Part shown: one piece after another, positions 1 to 7,836 of the stretch
How the letters are laid out: every line of letters starts with the position of its first letter
Numbering within the stretch: the first letter of the stretch is position 1
Origin: Planctomycetota bacterium
GTDB lineage: Bacteria; Planctomycetota; UBA11346
Direction of reading: 5' to 3'
DNA: 64,000 nucleotides
NCBI GenBank assembly: GCA_038231435.1
Contig: JBBRLJ010000005.1
Coordinates: forward strand, 1-64,000
Translations under genes and position numbers: made by a program
Notes under the pieces: generated by a model
Database searches by the model: none
What the model saw: the letters and a program-made list of their open reading frames with translations, nothing else
What the model was told of the DNA's origin: nothing

Positions 1-25
1 AATAATTATTACAGGGACGTAGTCG

Positions 26-107
26 GTAACCGTCCGAGTCTCCCCACTAGCCGAGAAATGTTCTGAGACATGATGCCGGGTCCGAGGATCCGCCATGCCC
101 CGCAAAC
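26..107 (+). mobile_element. Putative IS66-family left-end stub (IR, promoter, first codons of tnpA)
   Basis: Begins GTAACCGTCCGAGTCTCCCC (IS66-like GTA.. terminus); CATGAT, GAGG RBS and ATG at 95 (MPRK..) follow, then an abrupt junction to Rhs codons (DANKR). Confidence 0.45.
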
Positions 108-748
108 GATGCAAACAAGCGCATGACCACGGAGGCAGATAGCGTAGTGGCAGCATCCAATCAGGTCTTCGGTTACGACCCTCAAGATCGCCTGACGAGT
201 TGGAATCGGGGAGCGAACACGCAAGCTCAGTCGTGGGCTCTCTCGCCGGTAGGAGATTGGCAGAGTACAACTCGTGACGGTGCAACAGAGACGCGCACCC
301 ACAATGCCGTACATGAAGTGACGGCAATTGATGCCCTGGGCAGGCGCGTGCAGAAGACCGTGAACGGTTACGCCATGACCTACGTCAGCGCTGGAGCTCA
401 GGAAATTTTCGAGGCTGGGGACGATTATGCCTACTTAGCTGAGCAAGCGAACGGGGGCCCAGCTACTGCGGATCGGCCGCTCGGTGGTATTTTGAGCGGT
501 GCCAATGTCATTCGGGTCAATGCACAGCCGTCGACGACTTCGTCTCCTCCTGGCTACATCCCAGATAGCGGGGATATCTATGGTGCGCGCTCTAGTGGTG
601 CTACTTACGGATGGCGCGATGGCACACAGGACCACGCGGTCGAGGCACATCGCGTAGCCCTGCTGAATTTCGATACGGATAACGAGATGCAGCATCTGGG
701 CGAGGCGGATGCCGTATGGGAGTACGCGCTGCCGAATGGCGATTATCC
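108..748 (+). pseudogene. Rhs/YD-repeat protein fragment with internal deletions and a truncated inserted domain
   Basis: DANKR..FGYDPQDRLTSW..LSPVGDW..HNAVHEV..DALGRRVQK repeats; ORF 123-773 leaves the Rhs frame at ~749. Confidence 0.8.
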
Positions 749-864
749 GTATCCGCTCATCCAACCCGTGTAGCCATCTGACCACCCCCGCCGCATGATC
801 GCGGCTGGAGGTCATCATGTCAGAGTCGTCAGCCGCCGCCGAGCGGCATCCGCAAGGCGCACAT
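749..864 (+). mobile_element. Second putative IS66-family left-end stub inserted in the Rhs gene
   Basis: Starts GTATCCGCTCATCCAACCC; CATGAT, GGAGG RBS and ATG at 817, nearly the same spacing as the stub at 26; Rhs resumes at ..RYRSDAYG. Confidence 0.45.
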
Positions 865-1668
865 CGGTACCGATCCGATGCGTACGGTCGCAGGACGGTG
901 TTGGCCTCGAACGGGACAACCGTTCTCCCCGAGTCGGGCGTGGACAACCAGATCGGGTTCACGGGGCGGTATGAGGACAGCGAGACGGGGCTGGTGTACA
1001 TGCGGTCACGATACCTGAGCGCTTCGCTAGGGAGATTTCTGCAACGCGACATGTGTCCTAAAATTGCGCGATACCAAGATTACTCTAATCTAAGATCTGA
1101 GCAAAAGCGTGAGATTGCAAAGCGCGCCATCACGGTCGATCCTCTGGTTCGCCAAACCATGCCCAGGGCGGGAGCTGGATACCAAGATGGGATGAATCTT
1201 TATAATTCATATTTTATTCCCAATACCACTGACCCACTTGGAATGGATTCTCCTGGCTGCGACTTGGGTGCGGCTCAATCTATTATGGAGACTAATTGTA
1301 TTTTAGGGTGCTGCGCGAATCATGATAAATGTTATCACGATAACAATTGTTCTTTCACCTCATGGTTTGGGAATCTTACGCCTTTTTGGAAATGCAGTCC
1401 TTGCATGAAATGTAATAGAGACGTTTACCAATGCGTTCTCAATTGCGCCAATCCATTGGGCTCATGGCCAGAGGCACCGGGCCTTTACTATGACGGAGTG
1501 ACGGACACCTTCTTCAATAATCCAAGAGACCCGCGGATGGGTAATAGCACTACAGGAACGCCGAGGGCCAATCTTCCTCCACCGTATCCTGAGGTTCCGG
1601 CACCACTTTCAACCCCACCAATTACGAGCTTGCCATACCCAAGGGCATCGAATGGTATCCTTTGGTGA
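817..1668 (+). CDS. Rhs-associated core plus C-terminal Cys-rich phospholipase A2-like toxin
   Basis: GFTGRYEDSETGLVYMRSRY..GRFLQRD..DGMNLY..PNTTDPLG core; CT has CCANHDKCY (PLA2 His-Asp motif); GC drops in the 3' part. Confidence 0.85.
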   Translation: MSESSAAAERHPQGAHRYRSDAYGRRTVLASNGTTVLPESGVDNQIGFTGRYEDSETGLVYMRSRYLSASLGRFLQRDMCPKIARYQDYSNLRSEQKREIAKRAITVDPLVRQTMPRAGAGYQDGMNLYNSYFIPNTTDPLGMDSPGCDLGAAQSIMETNCILGCCANHDKCYHDNNCSFTSWFGNLTPFWKCSPCMKCNRDVYQCVLNCANPLGSWPEAPGLYYDGVTDTFFNNPRDPRMGNSTTGTPRANLPPPYPEVPAPLSTPPITSLPYPRASNGILW

Positions 1669-2009
1669 TCTGGATGTGGTATATCGGCTCATTCGCTATT
1701 TCCATCACGGCGGCATTTACGGCCTACAGCACTTATCATTTTTGGATTAGTATAATGATTTTCCAAATCATAAGTTCAGCAGCGATTTTAGGCTTAATGC
1801 CGAAGAAGAAGATCGGTATCATTGGAGGGTTTTTGGGAATGATTGTGGGCTGCGTGGTGGGGATGGGTCTTGACAACCAAGGTCACAATCTTTGGCCGAT
1901 AGAACTGTCCATTATTGCATTGTTTTTATGCCCAATATCATTCATTGCGCTTATTTCGGCAATTTCACTGGACCGCAAAGCGAAACTCAGGGCACGCGCA
2001 TTACATTAA
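1662..2009 (+). CDS. Probable cognate immunity protein (about 4 TM helices)
   Basis: Overlaps the toxin stop, AT-rich, very hydrophobic 115 aa. Confidence 0.65.
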   Translation: MVIWMWYIGSFAISITAAFTAYSTYHFWISIMIFQIISSAAILGLMPKKKIGIIGGFLGMIVGCVVGMGLDNQGHNLWPIELSIIALFLCPISFIALISAISLDRKAKLRARALH

Positions 2010-2589
2010 CTTACCGTAAGTAAGGTTCAGATATTCATCACACCCTGCTCTCCGCGTTTTCACGCGGCGACGCGCTCCCAGTGCACCAGCGTACCCGCCA
2101 TGCGTGATCTCATCCTAATGGTGCCTGCCGTCGCTCCGATTTCTGGACCCATCGCAACGGAAGGTGAAATCCTTGGTACGGCTGGTACCGTTTTGGCGTG
2201 AAGGCCGCTGCTAGAAGTTCATCGCGCTCGCACACCAACGCCGGCGTTCCGCGCTGGCTGGGATCGCGCAGCGCGCGCTGCGGGGTTTCTTCGCGCGCTG
2301 AACGATAGCAATGGCAACATGCTCACGAAGGTCGCGGCCGTTGGTACCTCGGCCCATCCAACACCGATGCTTTTGGAACGAGAATCACCATCGCAAGTCG
2401 AGGGGCGGCTCAAATAGCAGCGCTGCTTGTCGAGCTGTGTCCAGCAGGGTCGTGGACGGTTGGACTTGGTGGTAACGTTACGCCGGCAGATCCGAATTTC
2501 TGCAATGAATCGCAGAGCGGCGGATGTATTTCAACCACGATTCCCAGGAAGTGTGAATCCTCAAGCTATCCAGTTTCGTGCTGCTGCAT

Positions 2590-2805
2590 TTGCGGCGTAC
2601 ATGCGGCCGATCTCGGCGATCATTCCCGCTGCAAATGGCTCGTGCTCACTGATGTCGTGGAACTTTCGCCGCGCATGCGCCCAGCATCCGATGGCCGTGT
2701 CGCGTCCAGGGCCGTAGAGCCGCTCGTGCCCCGCATAGGCATCAGCGACGATGAAGCCGCGGTAGTCGCCGAGGAATTCAGCCGGATGTCGACCCTCGCG
2801 ACTAC
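2590..2805 (-). pseudogene. IS66-family transposase TnpC fragment
   Basis: HPAEFLGDYRGFIVADAYAG..GCWAHARRKF signature; no intact ends. Confidence 0.85.
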
Positions 2806-3409
2806 TGCTGCGAATCATCCAGGACGTGGTCATGCATACTCCTCGTGCGATACTTACCCTCAACTTGGCCATTCCGCCAGGACTCCCATGACAGTGAAAG
2901 GGCAATGGTTGTGCGTTCGAACCGGTTGAGTGATAAAATGAGTTCCTCGACGGTCAGGACGATAATCCACAAGCGATAGAAAAACCCTTTCCTTATATTC
3001 ATATTGGGGGCGGGATACATGAAGCATTGACGGTCACGACTTGCAGCCTTCCGACTGGCACTGCTGCGCTAATTGCATTCCACCCACTGCGGCGCCAGTT
3101 GGAGCCGGAATTGGCTATGGGCCGTCTCACTTCGGTCGAGCCCAGAGGCCGTCCAGCGTCGCCAGGATCAATCTTGGGGTGCGGCCCCTTCGGCTGGGCC
3201 TGCCGACTGCGGCAAGGCCCACCGGGGGAGAGTACCTGCTTATCTAAAACGCCTTCCGAATCCTGCAGGATGAGGGAGTCCGTGTTTCTGTTCTCTCGGG
3301 GTCGATTCCGGCCTACTTAATTTTATTTGCCGAAATAGTGGTGAGCCTGTGCCTGGATAGTGCCGCACATTTGCAAATCGGAGTCACGCATTCAGCCTGG
3401 TGCGGGCCT

Positions 3410-3544
3410 GGGGGCTTTAGGTCACCAAAAGGGGGCCTATACATATGAAAGGGCATAGCTTATTCTATTACAAGAAAAACGATATAGGTTTACGATAGAG
3501 ATAAGCTATGTATAGCCCCCCTTTATACGACCAAAAGCCCCCCC
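3410..3544. repeat. Long imperfect inverted repeat (~135 bp)
   Basis: GGGGGCTTTAGGTCACCAAAAGGGGGCCTATACATA..GCTTATTCTAT versus ATAGAGATAAGCTATGTATAGCCCCCCTTTATACGACCAAAAGCCCCC. Confidence 0.85.
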
Positions 3545-3656
3545 TAAATCATGAGTAGCAAGTAATGGACGAAAATACACTCGCCCACTCTGCTCGCTTA
3601 AATGGCCCACGTCCTTCAGGTGTCTGCGATGCCTTGTGAGACTTAGAGGAGGTTTT

Positions 3657-3684
3657 CCTACCGTTATCAAAGCAGTAGGTCGAG
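3657..3684. other. Putative left att core of the integrative element
   Basis: CCTACCGT-TATCAAA-GCAGTAGGTCGAG; 3672-3684 is the exact reverse complement of 9359-9371 in the tRNA. Confidence 0.6.
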
Positions 3685-3992
3685 CAGGCTCATACCGAGT
3701 TATGCCAAAGCGTTGTGCCTGAGATCACAAGCGTTGGTATAACGTTGGCAGCCTTTTAAATTTGCGAGCAAGGTGCGTTGAGGAGCTGGTCTTCACGATA
3801 TTTTCACAAGGCGTAGGCCGAATGAATCCGAGGCTCATCAGGGCGTCTCTCCGATGGTTCCATCTGCTCTGATCGCGCGTCTCCACCCGCACTTCGTGGT
3901 CGTGGGAGGTGTCTGGATGCCGAGGAACTTATTTTCTTTATCTGGACGAGACACCACCCCGATCCGGTTAGTGCTCACCGATCCTACAGCCG

Positions 3993-6329
3993 TCATTTCT
4001 TCATCGGCATCACGAGCTTCCTTTGCAGACGCTTGCCCGAACTCCCAGACGGAGAACCGGCAGAACCGGTGGAAGCCTTTTTTGATATCGCCGGTTTCAC
4101 CGGTTCATCTTGCAGATGCAGGCGAGGGTTCACTTCGTATCGTTCCGGTGGGCGTCCTGGCCCGCTTCTACCTGGGCTTGCTTGGCGGATGTAGCCGCGT
4201 TCTTCCAACTCGGCAAGAACGGGGTCCAGCATGGCTGCCTCTCGGAAGGCGCTGTTCTCGATCCACTTGTAGGCTTGGCTTCGAGTGAACTCGATGACAT
4301 CAGGCTGGGCGCGTAGCTTCTTTAGCAAGCGCTTCGCGTCGTGCACTGCCTGCGAGTCGATCGCATTTCCGAGGGCTGCCATGAAATGTTCACGGAGGTA
4401 GGGGTGCCAAGCGATCGCCGCCCGCATGGTCGCCTCCTTGATCTCGTCTCCCCCGTCGACCAGCATGTGGAGCGTGAGGGCTACGCGGAAGATGTGCCCA
4501 CGGCTTTTCCCATCCCAGCCGACGTCGTCCAAGGCATCACCCATCCGCTTTGCCTCTCGATCATAGTACTCTCCTGCCAATTTGGTTGCCCTAGCGGACA
4601 GCTTAATGCAGCGCGCCTTGATCGTACTTCTGACCAAGGGCGGGTCATTTTCTAGGACAGAGAAGATTCCCATTCCTTTTGCGCGGGCATCGTCTTGCGC
4701 GTTCACGATCCTTCCTGGACGGGGCAAGTCGAGCAGCTTCAGCACGAGCTTGGCCCACCGCTCCGACATCGTCGGCGGGACAGGATTCGAATCCCACTTG
4801 TCGAGACCGATGTGGGATCTCGGTTCGATGATCAAGTAGCGCGCAAGGAAACCTCGGCCCACCGCTGAGCGGTTCTGCACTATGTCGCTCAACACCGCTG
4901 GCTGAACGGTCAGGATTTGGCAGACCAACGGCCTGTCCACTATCAGGGGATCCCGCCTGGCGCGTATGATTGTCACACGAGTTCCTGTGTATCCCTTATT
5001 GACGATCTCGACCCTGGGCTCGTCATCGCTGTACCTTCCGAGCAGGGCTGCAATGGCGGCTCCCTCGTCATCGACGATGCCGACGACGCCCCCGTTGTGC
5101 AGCATGGCCTCGGCCAGCGCCTCCGCTGTCGTGTCGGTGATGGTGAGGATGGGGCAACGCAGCTCTGGCCACTTCGACAAGGATTCAGCCAAACCCTCGA
5201 CCAGTTGGCGTTGAGGGATTTGTTTCTTCGGTTCTTTGTTCCCGCCTATTTCACCTTTCTCAAGGTGCTTAATAAGTTGGCTTCGCCGGGCGTTGTACTT
5301 AGCCAGCTCCCGCCCGAGGCGTTCCCCCGTTGCCTTCTCCCAGTCGCGAATCGGGCGAGTGATTGCTGAAAACACGGGCGACTTGCGTTCTGAGGGTCGC
5401 CCCAACGCTAGAATCCACAAGGGAGCTTGCTCTCGGTATCCCTCCCTCACCTCAAGTTCGACGGCGCCACAGATCGCCAGATTGGCCGCGCCGAGGATCA
5501 GCAGGAGCGGCCAGTCTTTTGCCACTCCGATCTCCTCGCTCGTGGCGTGAGCGAGATCACGAAGCCATGCCCCGGAATCCGGGATGAGCTGGAATAGGTC
5601 GGCCTCGGGGGGAGCCTTCGCAGTGAATGAGGTGGGAGCTTCCCAATCCTCGACATTGGCTCTCAGCTCATCGTCAGGAGATAGGGCGACCCCAGGTTGA
5701 TTGACCAGCTTTCTGATCACGTCCGGGTCCCCCTCGTAGTCGGCCAGGTCCCATCCCTGCGGCAAAGCGCCGAGCCGTTTCTCGACCTGCCGGAGATCCA
5801 CGATCTTGTAGCACCTGCGCCGAAGCTTCGCCGCGATCGCTCGCATTGCCGCTCGCCCATGCTCGTCGTTGTCGGGCCAGAGAATGATTCGGTCTCGTTC
5901 GACGAGAGTCGCGACGTCGGCGTGCGCCGCTGCGTTTGCACCACCCAACCAAGTTACCACGACATGATCGGGAAAGATTTTCTGCGCCGCGTCTGCTGTC
6001 TTTGGGCCCTCGACCACGATGGCCGGAGCCTCGGGTCGTCGCGCGAGACGGTCGAGGCCGTAGAGGGGACGCATTCCCCTGATGCCGAGAAACATCCATG
6101 CCTTGCTGCCATCTGCCAGTTCACGGTAGGTCAAGGGCAGGATGGTTTTTTTGTCATTCCTATCGAATCGCCATTCATACAGGAGAACGCCTCCGTGCTC
6201 ATCGAGGTATGTCCATGTCGCCGTGGGGCGACCTCTGGTGGGGTGCGCCGACGGCGGCGGCGGTGCGCCGTCGGGGACAGGCATGATTGGACGGCCGTGG
6301 TCGTCGGCCGGAGCAGCAGTGAGTTTCAT
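3993..6329 (-). CDS. Toprim primase fused to DUF3987/YfjI-like helicase, C-terminal winged helix
   Basis: VVEGPKTADAA and ILWPDND (Toprim); GRPSERKS and GIVDDEG (Walker A/B-like); ELEERGYIR..YEVNP. Confidence 0.85.
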   Translation of the reverse strand: MKLTAAPADDHGRPIMPVPDGAPPPPSAHPTRGRPTATWTYLDEHGGVLLYEWRFDRNDKKTILPLTYRELADGSKAWMFLGIRGMRPLYGLDRLARRPEAPAIVVEGPKTADAAQKIFPDHVVVTWLGGANAAAHADVATLVERDRIILWPDNDEHGRAAMRAIAAKLRRRCYKIVDLRQVEKRLGALPQGWDLADYEGDPDVIRKLVNQPGVALSPDDELRANVEDWEAPTSFTAKAPPEADLFQLIPDSGAWLRDLAHATSEEIGVAKDWPLLLILGAANLAICGAVELEVREGYREQAPLWILALGRPSERKSPVFSAITRPIRDWEKATGERLGRELAKYNARRSQLIKHLEKGEIGGNKEPKKQIPQRQLVEGLAESLSKWPELRCPILTITDTTAEALAEAMLHNGGVVGIVDDEGAAIAALLGRYSDDEPRVEIVNKGYTGTRVTIIRARRDPLIVDRPLVCQILTVQPAVLSDIVQNRSAVGRGFLARYLIIEPRSHIGLDKWDSNPVPPTMSERWAKLVLKLLDLPRPGRIVNAQDDARAKGMGIFSVLENDPPLVRSTIKARCIKLSARATKLAGEYYDREAKRMGDALDDVGWDGKSRGHIFRVALTLHMLVDGGDEIKEATMRAAIAWHPYLREHFMAALGNAIDSQAVHDAKRLLKKLRAQPDVIEFTRSQAYKWIENSAFREAAMLDPVLAELEERGYIRQASPGRSGPGRPPERYEVNPRLHLQDEPVKPAISKKASTGSAGSPSGSSGKRLQRKLVMPMKK

Positions 6330-6643
6330 GAAAGGGTACCTTTCAGTGATTGGGCCACTCGCCTGGCAGCTTCGCCCTGTGTGGTGCGGTGGAGGAATGC
6401 GTACAACGAGATGAGGTCACCGCCGCGGTCACCGGTGGCGAAGTCGCACCATCGGCCGGTGCTAAGGTTCACCTTGAACGACCCGCGGGTGCGGTCTGGG
6501 CGGCGGGGGTTGAGGGAGCACCACTCGTCACCAATCAGATCGCCGTCCGGGAGCCAGCGAGCGAGTAGGAAAGCCGAATTCCCGAGAGCCGAGGCGGCAA
6601 TGGCTCGGAAATCTTGTGGGAACCTAATCCGGTTAACGCTCAC
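6326..6643 (-). CDS. Stand-alone primase N-terminal (CHC2-like) domain protein
   Basis: LARWLPDG..NPRRPDRTRGSFKVNLSTGRWCDFATGDRGGDLISLYA; stop overlaps the primase ATG (ATGA); GTG start inferred. Confidence 0.75.
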   Translation of the reverse strand: MSVNRIRFPQDFRAIAASALGNSAFLLARWLPDGDLIGDEWCSLNPRRPDRTRGSFKVNLSTGRWCDFATGDRGGDLISLYAFLHRTTQGEAARRVAQSLKGTLS

Positions 6644-7004
6644 GGTGTATCCCGCGCAATGCGTCAAGGTGCTCGGCGACCTTCGCTGGGCCGTCTGTGG
6701 CTCTCCATGCCGAGACATCCGCCGACTTGATGCTGTAGCGAACGCGGTTTCCCCGCGTTGATGTGCTGCGTTCGCTCAACAGGTGACCGGGGTGTCCAGG
6801 CGAGAGCCTTGTCGCTGCGGCGACGAGTTCCGTCCGTACCCGGACGAGGCGCGCAGCTTGGGTGAGCGACAGTCGCCGCTCGGCTTGGTTCAATTGACGA
6901 GTAAAAGTTGGATGGTCGGAGAGTTGCTTCGCCAACAGCGGGGCAAGTGCTGTGGCTAGTGCGGCGGCGTCGAACGACATTTGAATGTGGATCTTTGATG
7001 TCAT
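6633..7004 (-). CDS. Excisionase-like HTH protein
   Basis: RRLSLTQAARLVRVRTELVAAA..RYSIKSADVSAW; first gene of the replication operon. Confidence 0.65.
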   Translation of the reverse strand: MTSKIHIQMSFDAAALATALAPLLAKQLSDHPTFTRQLNQAERRLSLTQAARLVRVRTELVAAATRLSPGHPGHLLSERSTSTRGNRVRYSIKSADVSAWRATDGPAKVAEHLDALRGIHRER

Positions 7005-7037
7005 TGGAGAAGCCTAAGTCCGATGCCGATGTATTCC

Positions 7038-7055
7038 GGGTACGCTTGTGTACCC
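7038..7055. promoter_or_regulatory. Candidate operator between divergent genes
   Basis: GGGTAC-N6-GTACCC in the 106-bp divergent gap. Confidence 0.4.
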
Positions 7056-7110
7056 ACTTTGAACCGATACAAATTTTGACCACTATCAGGCACGGAAGTC
7101 GTGGGGGATT

Positions 7111-7836
7111 ATGGAAAATTTCGACAAACTGACTATCATCCAGCTCAAAAACTCGCGCGCGCAGCGAGTTGGAGCCATCATCGATCTAGTGGCAGCGAAT
7201 ACGAAGCTCAGAACACTCAACGCCTTGCTGGGTCAATGCGGCATCCACGACGGCAGTAATTTCCGCAAGTGGATGAGGGAGAAAACCCGAACAGATAGAC
7301 GATCTAGGCGAGAAACTAAACGCGAGATAAAAATTGGCCTCAACGATTTTGTGAGTAGCGTAAATAATTTGATCTGTGACAAAAATATCCTGCCTCAATC
7401 GTCTAGGTTTTTGCCGTTGGAGTACATGCGGATTAAATTAGCCGAGGAGATAATGGAGACGGAAGATGACGGACTCAATTATAAAGTCGTTTTAAGGACT
7501 TTTGGAGAACTTTCCGTAGAATGGCTTGAGCATGGGCCACCGTGTAGCGGTGAGCCATGGTGGTCTCGACCGGTGGGAAGTGCGGTGCAGAAGAAGTGCA
7601 CCTTTACCCTGCGCGAGATAGCGTGGTTGCGCAAGTCCATGCGTTTTTACCTTAAGGCAGAGCGCTACATGAGGGGCCGGGTCGCTGAAGACGCTCTGAT
7701 CAACGCGGCCAAAAAGGTGGGGATTCACGACGCCCTTGAGGCGAGCAAGCGACCTCATCTTGTCCGCAAAAGATTGGATTCACGGGACTCATCCTCTTCA
7801 AAAAGAACTCGCCTTCCAGCCACCCCTCTGCCTTGA
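7111..7836 (+). CDS. Hypothetical protein, possible HTH repressor
   Basis: Divergent from xis; LNALLGQCGIHDGSNFRKWM resembles an HTH; lower GC. Confidence 0.5.
   Translation: MENFDKLTIIQLKNSRAQRVGAIIDLVAANTKLRTLNALLGQCGIHDGSNFRKWMREKTRTDRRSRRETKREIKIGLNDFVSSVNNLICDKNILPQSSRFLPLEYMRIKLAEEIMETEDDGLNYKVVLRTFGELSVEWLEHGPPCSGEPWWSRPVGSAVQKKCTFTLREIAWLRKSMRFYLKAERYMRGRVAEDALINAAKKVGIHDALEASKRPHLVRKRLDSRDSSSSKRTRLPATPLP

Noticed and set aside
2300..2335. NDSNGNMLTKV, a YD-like peptide
   Set aside because: Too short to call as a second Rhs remnant
2453..2481. Possible IS66 right end (..GGTAACGTTAC)
   Set aside because: Orientation ambiguous, no matching partner IR or target duplication
3410..3544. 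Retron msr/msd or DGR element
   Set aside because: No reverse transcriptase motif (YADD-like) seen in any ORF of the window
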